DNA of 64,000 bases from Rotaria socialis (taxonomy: Eukaryota). Numbering within the stretch: the first letter of the stretch is position 1; each line of letters opens with the position of its first letter. Positions 1 through 13,500 of the stretch are shown piece after piece. Location: contig CAJNYD010000464.1 of assembly GCA_905331295.1 (NCBI GenBank), positions 1-64,000 of the forward strand. The letters run 5' to 3'. Under the pieces are notes generated by a model. It was not told the DNA's origin and made no database searches. It saw nothing but the letters and a program-made list of their open reading frames with translations. The position numbers and the translations under genes are program-made.

Positions 1-2256
1 GTTGACATAGGCAAAACAAAGCACTTCATCTACATATGAAAGTGCGGAGGTGTCGTTTTTCTCAAGAGTTTGAGAAATCAATTTCCTATGCAACAGTATT
101 GTCTTGCTATTTATCAACAGTTTACTTCAAACTTTAATAGATTTAAAGAGATAATATGTGAATAGATAGTTTGCTTGCACTTGGCACCTAAAATAGTTCA
201 CCCATAATCTGATTAACTGAGACAAATTCACCAATCAGTTTGTTTAATAAAACGAATTTTATCGCTGAGGCAGTGCTACAGATTATGCCAGTTGATATCA
301 GTGTTTTTACTTTTCATTTCTCTTTCATCGATACAACAGAAAGAAATATAGAGCCTATTCCATGTTTGTTATTTCAGTAGTTATCTCTACAGGTGATTTT
401 TTAAGACTTACATTATAATGGCTAAAACTTTTTCTACTTGTAAAAGCATGAATATCATCACAGCTTCATGAAATAAGAGGCAGAGGATTTGGAGACACGA
501 TACGCATCTTCAAAACTATAGGTAATCTCGAAAAAAAAATTGTAGATTTTGAGTAAGATGGGATCCCGAAAATCCCATGAAAATCCCAGGGATCCCAAAA
601 AAATCCCGGGATCCGAAGAAAGTCCCAAAATCCCAAATCCGCTTTTCCCCCCTTGGGTGAAGTACTATAGTGAGTATCTGCTTGCTTCATTCGCTTCGAA
701 GGCCGAAGTGCATACTCACAATAATTTATGTATTGCCGTTGCACCCATGTAATGAATCTTTCTTCAAATAAAATGGCAATAGCATATTTCAGCGATTGAA
801 AAGATCTGTTAGTTATTTAAAATGCTTTAATATATTCATTGATGATAATAAGATGGGTAGAAGATTTAAAAAAAACATGATATTCAATGTTCTTCTTCGA
901 TACCGTAGAATATAGTAATTTTCCAGCAGCATACTTCATTTTAGCACAGTACGGCTTGTCCTGAAAATTAAGCAAAGAAGATTTATTTTGAAGATCTTGA
1001 ATTTCGTTCTGTAGCACAAATTTTGGTTGGCACCAGTAACAATCAAGAGAATACAAATATAGTACTATTGATAATAATGAAATCTTACAAAGTTGTTTCT
1101 TTTACAACAGCGTGAACTATTTACAAGCATAGAAATAATATGTGAAGCAAACATCAACTGAAAACTTGTAAGTACTTGCTGTAAGGATTTCTTGCTAGGC
1201 TTTTACACGAATAATTATTACTTGGATTTAATTATTACAAACATCCTCCCCACCAGGCGATTTCTCATAAGTAATATGTCGTTGGCGTTTAACTAGACGC
1301 AGCTCATTTACGTCACATTGTTAACAGCTTTCTATGGGTTAAATCATCATTAGTATCAACTATGCAACTCATATCCAATAAAAACAGATTTTCAGCAATG
1401 TAACAGTGAAGTTTCTATATGCTCATTGAATAAGGACATAGATCGATATTGAATAAGTAGATTTATCGATGAGAAATTATTGAACGATGCTGACAAGAAA
1501 TTTTATATGGTGTTAAAGAAGAAAAGTAGTCTTGAATATTCGTAGCGTTTCTTTCTTTATTGTACACCCATCCATCAAACACAAACCAAAATTTCGTTAA
1601 TATGAAACAATAAAACATCACTCGATGATCGTAATGTTAATTTTGTATCATGTTCTCTCTCATCTATTATCTTTTTATTAACAACTCTCGTTTCATTACC
1701 TTCAAGAAAATAACCATTTACTCAAAAACAATCTTCGCTTACAAAACATAGAAATCCAAATAGTTAGTTTATAAGAAGAATTATTTATAAATTCTTATGA
1801 TAAACATGCTTCCAAGAGAAAAAATAAAGGCCAATAATATAACGAATAGCCTTCGATACAAATTCATTTAAAATGAATTTATTAACAATGGAATTCGCCT
1901 GACTTTTAAGATCATATCAATTGATGGCTAGATCGTAGTATGCCGTCAAGTATTGGACTGTTTAATCGAACCGATTGTTCATTTGCTTTGCGTCTCACTG
2001 ATGATGATGGATAAAACAATGGATAGATAAAAAGAACGTCGACAGGATGAATGTACCATTGTTTTGAATTAGTCGAAACATTACTGAAGAATATTATTCT
2101 TATTGACGATCAATCACAATGGATAGGCCTGCCGGTTATTATACATATTTGACTAATCATGTTGGATCTTCTCATTCCTTTTTCGCTTTCTTTGAACAGT
2201 ATATATATATATACTCGCAAATACTGGAAAAATAAAATCACTATTTCGATTAGACA

Positions 2257-3567
2257 ATGTCTCTATCGTGTGCGATCGAAACATGCAAACGTAAATCACG
2301 AGCAATATGTCATTGTTGCAACAACAATATTTGTCTTGATCATTTGAAAGAACATTTCGATTTAATAAATTCACAAATGAATCCTCTTGCTGACGAAATG
2401 AGTACTCTTGATAATCAATTGTCGTTATTGAATGTTGATGAAGTTATTGATAAATGTCGTCAAAAATTGGATAAATGACGTCATGAATGTCATGCTACAG
2501 TTGATCGTTTTTATGAAGAAAAATGTCAAGAACTTCAGCAGCGTTGTGTTGAAAAAGTTGGTGAAAAACGAAAAAACATTCATCAATTAAAATTAAAAAT
2601 AAATGAACTTATTCGAGAACAAGAAGCTACACATGACGATATTTGTTCATTGAAAGCAACTATTAATGGTATCAAACGTGATGTTAACCAATATGAAGAG
2701 AATGGCATTGTAGTCGATGTCAATCCTTTAATTATTAATCAAAATTTAGTTTATATCGAACAATGGACATCGAATGAACTTGATATGTCACCTCTTTCGT
2801 CACCTTCTCGAACAATTGCTTGTTCCAAAGATAATTGGTCTGCCATGACTAGCAACAATCATTTTTTGTTAATAGATCAATGTCCAAACTTATGTTTATA
2901 TGATGAGCAATTGACTCTTTTAAAAGAATATCCATGAGAATATGGTAAAATTCCTGATATGTGTTGGTCATCGACATTAAACAGTTTTATTATCATAACA
3001 AACAAAAATAAAGTTTTTCTCATCCATGAAAATCTAACATCACTTAAATGTATTCAAACGATCGAGAAGAAGCAATGGCTGTCTTGTACATGTTCAGATT
3101 CAACTTTATTTCTAACGACAAATGCACCAGGTTCTAATATTTTTCAGTTCAATATTTTATCGTCATTTCAATTCATGAAACAATGAAAATCTTCTCAAAG
3201 TTGTAACTGCGACGAATTTATCTATAATATTGCTTATAACAATGAAACACTTGCTTTAATAATAGAAAACAGAATCAATAACAAAAATCGCATAGAAATT
3301 CTATCTTCATCAACATTCGATCCACTCTGGCCAACCACATTTAATGCAGCATATTGTTTTGCACCCTGGAAGAATCATGTTTGTGTACTCAAACATAACG
3401 AATGGCTTGTAATCGATTACGAGAATTCACGTCTTTTCCATGTTAGCAAAGACGGACAACTAAAGGCAAACCGTTCATACGAACCGACAGTTGACAATGC
3501 TATTTTATTTGGTACAAATATATTAGTCATCAAAACTGTAGATAACATCAATTGTTACAGAATATAA
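2257..3567 (+). pseudogene. Cys/His zinc-finger (B-box-like), coiled-coil and beta-propeller-like protein; one frame with three in-frame TGA codons
   Basis: ORFs at 2257, 2650 and 2959 share a frame that continues to TAA 3565-3567. Internal TGA at 2476, 2935 and 3184; no frameshifts. N-terminal CxxxxC..CHCC..CLDHLKEH motif. Confidence 0.75.
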
Positions 3568-3994
3568 CAATATAACTGTATTATTGTAAATAAAAGTAGA
3601 TAGATCTATAGTTTGCATTAAGGATTATAATAAATATTTTGCCAAGTCTTTGCATGAAGCGTTTTTTTCTTCTGTACACGTTTTTAGGATGTGTGAATAT
3701 GGGTTCAGAGCAGTCTTATACCCGCAAATAAGTTAAAATCGCAGTAATTCTCTCGGCAGTCTTAATTTTAACTGAGAGTTATGTTGATTTCAACGTGTGT
3801 ATCAATATGTGTTCTAGATGTCAGTGAGAGCATTCCTTTTTCAAACTCTCATACTGCAGACAATTATTTCAAAAACACCGAAGTAGCAACAAAAAGAGGA
3901 AATGCTTTTATTTAGACTACAACAGTTGAGATAAAAACTAACAAATACAAATTAACTTGTTTAAGATAAAGTAAAACACAGTTCTTTAGAAATA

Positions 3995-4426
3995 TTAAGA
4001 AATTTCAAGACAAATTTGAGTAGATACAGCTGATTTCGTCGATTCATTCTTTCTGATAAGTATCGTCATTCCTACCAGAACACCACCTAGCCCTATAAGA
4101 GCGCCACCAATCATTATCAAAGGTAAAACAGAAAAATTTCTGCTCGGTGATGGCTTTCCAAATATCTCTCTAGCTTGGTTATATTCATAGTCAATGGTGC
4201 TTGTATCGTTAACTGATTGAGACGTCAAAGTAGAATCTATGGTGACCGTATCGTTTATTGATTCAACTGACAAAGTAAAACTTGTAGGCAATGTGCCGTT
4301 GTCAATGGTATGTGCCAAAATTATCTGCGTTAATGAGACCAGGATAAAAACTTAAAATAGACAAATAAGCTCATTTTATACATTTCTTATGTAAACCTTA
4401 CCTAGTATGATGAGAATTTGTTTCAT
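3995..4426 (-). CDS. Small type I membrane protein (signal peptide, S/T-rich ectodomain, one TM); exons 4426-4402 and 4350-3995
   Basis: A 51-nt GT-AG intron (4401-4351) joins MKQILIIL to VFILVSLTQIILAH in frame. TM segment VLPLIMIGGALIGLGGVLVGMTILI is followed by RK. Confidence 0.75.
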
Positions 4427-6271
4427 GTAATGACTGTGGAGTAGCTATATGGTTATCGAACAGAGGAAAATTATGAACGATGATTATGTTGTTGCATTGT
4501 CAAACGCTTTTCACTTATATAGATAGAAATTCAAAGAGCGACCTTCAATGCAAGGTTGATCAATATGTTTGATACGTAACTCATTCACATTCATGCGTCA
4601 TGGTGATGTGACTCATGTTATGCATGATCATAATATTTATTATAACGTCAAATGATGACGATATGATAATAGGCTTCTTGAAGTATATGACCTAGAAATC
4701 GAGTCCTAGAAAAAAGCCTTCATTCAATCATTTTTTCCAAGAACCAATGTACTGCATAGTATGGAGTTATAAGATTTGTCTTCGTCATTGGTTAACATCA
4801 ATTGTAGAATTATTAGATGGAGAAGGAGCTAAATGAATGCCATGGATTCGAAGTCCTAAGTTGAATGATTCTCTCAGGCAATCTACGTTAGCAGAAAGTT
4901 CTTATTCAAGCTTCGCTTCTCTTTCTTTTCATTGATTTGATCACTGATACGTGAATTTCAATTGTTAGATAATTTCTCGCTGAGAGTAACAGGACATCGA
5001 ATTGCTGAATCTTTGTTCAAAAAAATCAAATAAATACTTTTTTGCGCTTCCGAAAAAATTCATTATTGAACAACATCGTATATAAATATCCAAAAAAAAC
5101 GATTTTTTTGTTCATTCAATGTTTTCAATAATTAATCAGGGAAGCTTTTGTCATTGGTATAAATAAAGCAATATTCAAATCAAACGAATGAATTCATTTG
5201 AAATTCATTTTTACTTATTTGCAAAGCAAAATATGAAAGAAGAATTAAAACACGTAAGACCATGTAGCTAAGAATGAAGTTAAAGTTCCATGCAATGGTT
5301 GATATTGACTATCAACTAACAGCATTGACTAATTTATCTCACAAGATTTTCGAAAAGAAAAGATAGAAATTTCGTATTTTTCAATTGCGACACTGAATCA
5401 ATATTTATCCATAGACTAAGCATCCGTTGTTTTAATGCTAAGAAGATACTATAGACGAGACACATGCACCAAATTATCAACGATATTTTACTTGATATCA
5501 TCTTTCCCAGAGTAGAATTTAAAAGAAGATCTTTTGCCATAAAAAAAATATTTCTTACATCGATCGGTAAGTGATTATATCAGTAATTTGTTTTGCTTTA
5601 GTGAATAGCATTGCTTAAATAAATCTAGTAAGAAGGTTGTGGGTGCATAAATGTGGATACTTGATTGATCCATTCCCGCACACCCACACCTAAACAGAAT
5701 GGTAACAATATCTCAAACTTGCTTATATGATTAAGTTTTATTTTAAAATAAAGATCATATTCAGTTTAATCTTGAACACGACCGAAGTTTCCTTACACTG
5801 TCTCACAGGTGAACTACGTCCAATATCGACCATTGAGGTATGTCAACGAACTGGATCTGCAACAAAGCACGAGTTGATTTAAACTAATAGCGCTCAGATC
5901 TTTTGAAATCAGCAAGATTCTCGAAATTTCATCAACAACCCTTTTCGCTTGTTTCGATAGAATTAGTCGAGCTGAAAATGTCACTCACTTATTTTTTTGT
6001 CATTCAACCTATGAAAAAAAATTTATAAAGAGATATGATATTCATTTATCTATGTTAAAGTCTAGCAAAAGGAACATCGACTGAATCTTATTTTCCGCAA
6101 TGAATATTTATTGGTAATTGTCGGACAAGAATCATTGATTCAACTATCTTGAACGGCAGCTTTGTTTCTCTATGTAGATAACTATTGTGAATCATGTCAA
6201 CCAGTAGTTCACGGTCAACATAAATATACCATCGGTCTATTGATATAAATCGGCGCGCTAGAAAGTTGATC

Positions 6272-7700
6272 ATGAATAAGATTTACCAGTCGAAAATTTT
6301 CACCATATTTTCGAATATCTCGCTCCGCATGATCTTCTCAATGCTTTCGAAAGACTCAATCGACGATTTGACATTATGTTTGCTCAGCAGCCACTTTGTT
6401 TACCGAAGAATCGACAAATGAGTACTCACTTATATTATCATTATTTAAAGAAAATTGTTAGCAAACATGCTTCACAGATTGTTTGCCTTCATTTATCTGA
6501 ACGAAATGCACCATGTGCAGTAGATTATTTTCTGCCTGAAGTGCCATTAAATGAACTCACCTGGCCATCATTGACCATTGAAGATGTTTCACATAATGTC
6601 CTTGAAGTACTGCTTTATCATTCTTCATTATTATCTAAAATTCATTCATTATCACTCGATGTCGGTTAACATCGATTTTATTGTGATCAATATGATGAAT
6701 GTTGTGATCTCGACATTACAGAATATACGCGTAACTTTTTCAATGTAAGTGACAGATCGTCGATGGAGATGATCAACTAAATTTGTTCGTTTTTATGGTT
6801 TAGGGCTCATGGCAATATTGAGAATGAATTGTTACTTCAAATTCCATTAAAACAAGCATTCGCATCTGAACTACGTCATAACAATCTGAAAATCTATGCA
6901 GATGTAGCTTGGGTTTTAACTTTTTTCGAAAATCTTCAACGCTACAGTGGACTTGATTGAATGACTATATCAAGTTATCAAAAGATTCGCTGATAATAGT
7001 CATTTTCCACGAGTAACAATATTACGACATTGGTTAACTTTATCAAAATCGAAGATATTTACATTTAAACTGAACTTGGACATAATTTATGCCTTCAATA
7101 ATAGCGAAACTCAAGAAGCGATCTTTGCCGAATATCGACTAACAACTGGTACAGAATCTGCAGCACGATATGGAAAGATATCGATAGTAATAATGATTCA
7201 ACATAGAGCGTCGAATGCGTTGAAGACGCACCAGTGAACGACTATGCTGAAGAAGTAAGTTCGATGAACGAAAATGAACTTCACATCACTAAGCTCTCTT
7301 TGTCTAGATCGACATTTATGAACTGGATTATGTCGAAGACGAACGGCTCGTTCAATTGGCAGCAATACATTGTTGGCATCATTTGAGGAAAATTAATCTC
7401 GAAGGTGATTATCCTGACGATAATTAAGTGTAATGCCACAGATTTATTACTGATTTATTTTTTTTGAATATAATCTAGTAGCGTTGTTGGCGATAATATT
7501 TCGCATTTACTTCATACTGCTCAACGATCACCCTATTTTAGTGAACTATATATCGAATCAGATCTGGATTATGGTCGTGCTCTTTCATTGAATAAACAAT
7601 TGGAAAGCTTACTTTGTCGTCAGCTTGTAATCTTACATTTTACTACTAAAGAAGCTAATAATTCACTTGGTGATCTTGTTCGTATTATTGATAAGTGTGA
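6272..7700 (+). pseudogene. Degraded F-box-like protein gene
   Basis: N-terminal FHHIFEYLAPHDLLNAFERLNRRF resembles an F-box start. Multiple stops and frameshifts, short introns. Coding-like sequence ends at a telomere-like repeat at 7701. Confidence 0.55.
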
Positions 7701-9697
7701 TGTGGGTGAGTTTAAACAATCTGCAGCTGTACTCATGCTCCATACACACCCTCACGCCCTAAATTACTTCAAATGAATCAAGTTGTGCATAAAAAACACG
7801 GTGATCGCTGAAAGCGCTGCGGCATAAAAGGTGAAAATCAAGAATCACTTTTCATAGAAAGTTCGTAAAACAATATTTCGTCTTTCATACATTTGTTTCG
7901 AAAGAAAGAAATGTTTTAACTCTTCTTTTTATTGAAATACAAGAGGTCATTCATTGTCAGCAAAAACAAATTAGAAATCAACATATTTGAAAATAAAAAC
8001 ATCTGTTTCTCTTAGCATCGAGTCAACGCAAACAAAAAGCAAATATTCTTTTTTTCTACCAGCTTCTAGCAGTCTGAAGAAACATCGCGGCTGTAACTTT
8101 TCTAATTACTAGAAGAAACCATGAATAATGCTCTCCTATATTTAATGTTTACTTGCAATTATGATGTGAATACTATAGGTAAGTGCATTGAGGCAGAAGA
8201 CAAATTAAAATGGGCAGTCCGTTCAAGATTGATTAAGCGCAAGTTGGGTGCGCTCGCGTTTGCTGTGCCAGATCTGTATTAAGATATAATGAATGAAACA
8301 TATTGACGTGAGCCATTGATCAGATATTGATTTATAATGATTAGATGAATGAGTCGATTAGTCATATTTTGAATATCGATTACTGAATTTCAATCGTGTT
8401 TATAACATAATTAATGGGCATGCGAGTGTCTGGTAGTGATTTATTATGTTGGAGAACATTCAGACTATCCGTGAAGTTGAAAAACTTCGCCGTGAAGAAA
8501 ACGACAATGATCACCATATAAATGACTCAGTTAACTATAAACACAAGCACCGCAAGTAAATTTAATAGATGTCCTCCTTCCATCTGCCTTTCATAAATAA
8601 TGATTGGCAGACCCTCATTATGGAAAGTATGCGATGATTTATACTGGTCCGAGGGCGATATGTATCATTGTGAGCAGTACGTAAAATAATGACTGCCACT
8701 CTGATCAGCTATATTTTTCTGAACTATCAAACATCGTTTGAAACGAGAGAAATTAAGTTATAGATCAATGCTCTTTGCTCAGCCAGACAAGTGTGGATAT
8801 GACTGTGACTGTGAGTGGCAATAGAAGACTAGCAAACCACTCACATCCACCCATACACATACACACTTTTTTTCTGTTTTCTATCATGGCGAAGAGAACG
8901 AGAAACAAGCAAGATCCTACTTATACTGATCTCTAATCGACAACCAGTTATTGTTTTTAATTATTGATGTTTGAAACTGGGAGGGAGAGGGACATTAAAA
9001 TCCTCACCTTAAAACGTACCCTCACTATTTTCTTCGAAAATATGTGTAACTTCCACAAAGTAGTTCCTTATTAAATACAGGTAATTCATTAGATTTATAA
9101 ACGGAGTCACATTTAGTTTAATCACTTCTTCGCCTAGGGTTGTTTTATATCAACTTGAATCTCATATATTCTAGACTTTCAATCATTAATACCAATATAG
9201 TCTTTATTATCAAAAAATATTTTTTTTGACACTATTGAATATGTAGTATAACGGCGCGTACTAAACTCATGCTATACTGGAGAAAGAATTATTTCAGTGA
9301 TAATCGCTGAAGCATACGGATGCTTATCTTTTCTTTTCTTTCCATGTTCTACGATTATGCATTGATAAATAGTGCTTTTCAGGTTCTATTTCTTCTTTTG
9401 CACATTTCACTACATTGTATTATCTCTTCACTAGAATATGTTGTCAAATGGCACAATCATTGTCTCTTGTAGAAATACTGTATTTTACAAATAGTTGACT
9501 GGAAAGAATTAAATATCTTCACTTTCCTTTTATTTGACTCAAGAAATGTAAATTGTCCAGCTTTGCTGTTGACCTGAGAAGACTTTTCAAATAAAATAGA
9601 ATCATGAGTAAGTTAGATATTAAATTGATTTGTGCTTGACGAGTTCAGTTACAACTTATCTCGTAGTGTCAAACTTGAAGCTTGAATTCAATTGAAT

Positions 9698-9990
9698 TGA
9701 ATCTCAGAAAAATATCGGTTACGTATTCCTAACGATAACGACCTCTATTTCAAATAAAAAGCATAGCATTCGAATCCTATCGACATAACGAATCAAATGA
9801 TTTCTTAAACTACGTTACAAAAGAGTTTTCCTTCTTACTATTTTACTGAACGTATCAAACAGTGGATAAAGTTAATAGTTTTACGAAAAACAGCACTCGG
9901 ATATGTCATGTTGAGAGGATACGAATGTTATGCTTTTAACTTGAAATAGAAGTCGTTTAGAATACATAACTGAAGTTTTTCTGAGATTCA
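9698..9990. mobile_element. MITE-like element with about 90-bp imperfect terminal inverted repeats
   Basis: Left tgaatctcagaaaaatatcggttacgtattc...ctatttcaaataaaaagcatagcattcg matches the reverse complement of the right end, tgaatctcagaaaaacttcagttatgtattc...ctatttcaagttaaaagcataacattcg. Confidence 0.7.
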
Positions 9991-10522
9991 TTGCTATTTT
10001 AAATACAAATGTCAGAAATAGGAAAAAAATACATTGACCGACAAATAAAAATCCAGAGAAAAATTAGATGAAAATTGACCCTTCTGCTACACCTGCTGAT
10101 TGTTTTTCAATCATTTGCGTATCAATCGACAGAGAAATGTTTAGGCTACTCAGAAAACTAAAATTTAGTTTTTAACGACGTCGACAACTTAAGTTATACA
10201 AGTTTTATGAAAGAAGTTTTTTTTCCGGCAGAATTCGATCATCTGATTCTATCTGAAATAGATCGATACTGGACACCCTCTTTTCTATTTCTCAGAGGAA
10301 AAGTGTTATTATATATCGCTATGCAATAATTATGAAGAAGTGTGCACGTAGCTCATCTCAAACCGATTTGTACATATAAGGTTTTTCTTGTCACTCAGAA
10401 ATAAGCCTATAATATGTTTCATAAAAATATAAAGTTAATTCATCCTTCTATACGAAAAATATAATTAGAGAATGTTATTTATCAAACAAATATATTCTGA
10501 GCAGATCGATTTTCTATTTAGT

Positions 10523-13500
10523 ATGAACATTGTTTTTTTATAGAATATATTAATTATGAACAATTTATTTATGTTTCGTCTTACTGTATCTTTATAGCAA
10601 AACTTATATAAAACATCGTCGATCTCATTGTCATCATTATCATCAAGAGAGATTTATTCAAGAATGAAACAGCTGATGGATTCAAAAGAATATAAAAAAC
10701 TTTCGATTTTTTCGATCAACAATTTCATTCGTGTACAGATTTTGAAATAAATCTGGCATTAAAAGCATGTATATTAGTTTAAATGAATATCAACGTGGTA
10801 TGAATATTCAAAAAAAAACTTTCTCAAAATTCACTTAGTAATCCTTATATTCAAACAACACTTATTCAACTTTATAGTGAGTCATTTATTTCTTTAACTA
10901 CTCAATTATTATTGGACGTACGATAACAATAAACTATTACTAATGTCATTTTGATTCGCGATTTAGTTAAAATTTTAAAAGATTTTATTAATAATCTATT
11001 TATTAAAACGGTTCTTTCTTTTATGAAACATGTGATTTATAATACTAAGCATTCAGTAAAACTACGAAAAGCTGTTGTGAGAAGAAAACAATCAATTATA
11101 AATTTTTGAGATATTATCATTAAATATAAAAATAAACAATTTTTACTTGCTTGTTTTTCGTAAACTTGGAAATGAAAATGAAAGCATGGAGCTTTTCGAT
11201 AAGATCTATGCTCACCTAATAAGTCTAATAGGCGTTTAAAAAGTAAAAATAATTCACAGTTTATTATTTTTCAATTTTTTTAACACAACACTTATTTTAA
11301 TATGACAAGATAAATAATAAAGCGATTTCTTAAACTGCATAAAAAGAAAAATCTTCTAGAAACGTTTTCATGAGAAAAAACGATGATCTCCTTTTTCTTG
11401 CTTCTTTCAGCATAAAACATCTAAGAAGTTATTAAAATTTGAAAAACCTACATGATACAAATTGGTAAAATTTTGAGTGGAGAGTAAAATCTTACCAGAG
11501 CAACTTTCACGGTTGATTCAACAAAACATACAACATTATTCTGTAATATATTTTAATAATTAGAGATAAATAAAATAACTATTTAATAAAAAACTCATAT
11601 ATCCATTGATTGAAAACCATCTCTGTTTAGAGGAAATTATCCAAGTCTTTAAGATCAAGATTATAAATAATTACGTTATCACGAACGAATAAGTGAAATT
11701 GGCGGAAGAGGCAGAAAGGAAAAACGCTGAAAAGGAAACGTCGAAACTGGGAATTGCAGAAGGTAAAAACGTCGAAGAGGAAAACGTCGAAAGGAAAACG
11801 TCGAATGGAAAAAGTATAATTAATAACAGTGTCGAAGAAAAACTGCCAGAGAAAAAAATTAGAAGAATTTTGAAAAGGAAAACGCAGAATGAAAAAGATG
11901 TCTATAGATAACGAAATTTTTTTCTTTTGATTTGGTAATCAAGGCACAGCAATTATTGAAGGGATTAGCATTGCTACTTGGATCACACAAAAAAAAGAAA
12001 ATAATACTGATAAGCTTAGTTTTCTTTTTTTTATTGTATTTTATCATATAATCGAATAAATTTTTATTTTTCGTTAAAATTATCAAAAAACGCAATTTTC
12101 GACATTTACCTTTCGACGTGTTCCTTTTTCTAATTTTTTCTTTCGACGTTTAGAATTTCTGTATTTTCCCCTTCTATATTTTCCTTTTCGGCATTTTCCT
12201 TTTTTTTCGACGTTTTCCCTTTCTGCCTTTTCCACCAAACCCGAATAAGTCATCTGAAAATAATACTTCGAATAATTCAATATTAGACATTTAAAATTAA
12301 AACTATGTTAATATCTTATTTTATTTTTATTTCTAGTGCGATCTCGTGATGCCAATAATGCTTACTGTTTATTCTCTACAATTACCAATAAATCAAATTA
12401 TATCTATGCAACTATGTTAAAAGGTGATGATTATTAGTTATGCCATTTGACTATTAAACATCACCTTATTTTCAGGTCTTATTTCAAATAATATGCCGAC
12501 TAAAGTGCTCGATTTATTAGATGAAATGAATATTGAACCTAATCAAGCTATTCTCGCTGTTTTATTTAGTGCTTGTTCTCGAGTTGCTAATGATCGAGCA
12601 ATGAAAATTGGAAGAAAACTTCTTGATGAAATGCCTAAGAATTTTGTAAATGGCAATTATATTCAAAATTCAGCAATAAATATATTAATAAGATTTGGTG
12701 ATGTTAGAAGTGCGAGAAATCTTTTTCACATGATCCGAAAAAAGAACATAATTACTTATGGAACTACGATGAATGAATATAATATAAATAGTGAACCATT
12801 GAAAAGTTTAAAACTTTTTGAAGAAATGAAGCGAAATGATATAAATGCCGATGCAATCGTATTAATCATACTGATTGGTGCATGTGCACGACTTGGTATG
12901 CTTTCAAAATGTCAATCAATTGTTGCTCAAATACCTTTGCACTTCTATGAGAATCAACGTATACGCAATTCATTAATTGATATGTGGGTATGTATTGGTT
13001 GTGAAAATTGTCTGAACGAATAATTTTATTCATTCATTTTTTTGTCACAGGGAAAAGCAGATTCAGTTAAGGATGCTCAAAAGATTTTCGAATCGATTGA
13101 TAAACCCGATGTTATTACATATACTGCAATGAGTGAATATTCTTTATCTTTATTTTTTCTATCATCATATTTTTTTACTAATTTCTCTTTGAAGTTAATT
13201 CTTTTGGGCTTAATCGAATGGGCTCAGAAGCTGTGGATTTATATCGAAAGATGCCTAATAATCTACACGATGAAGTTTCAACCATTTGTGTATTAAATAC
13301 ATGTTCTCATTCGGGTCTTCTTAATGAAGCGCATTCTATCTTCAATGAAGTCTCTCATAGAACGGAAAAAAATTATTACTGCAATGGTTTGTATATTTTA
13401 TTGTTTTTGTTAACTATGAACATATTTTTATGATTTAGATTGATTGTTTAAGTCGCCTTTTTTTATTTGATGAAGCACAAAAGCTATTAGAAGATTATGA

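Noticed and set aside
560..660. GGGATCCC/AAAATCCC repeat array and overlapping ORFs; considered CRISPR-like
   Set aside because: Short degenerate tandem units with no unique spacers; probably a transposon end.
3568..3900. Selenocysteine explanation for the three TGA codons in the 2257-3567 frame
   Set aside because: No AUGA..AA..GA stem-loop seen downstream, and the contexts look like Trp rather than redox Cys.
11693..12280. K/E-rich and R/K-rich short ORFs
   Set aside because: They are translations of MITE subterminal repeats.
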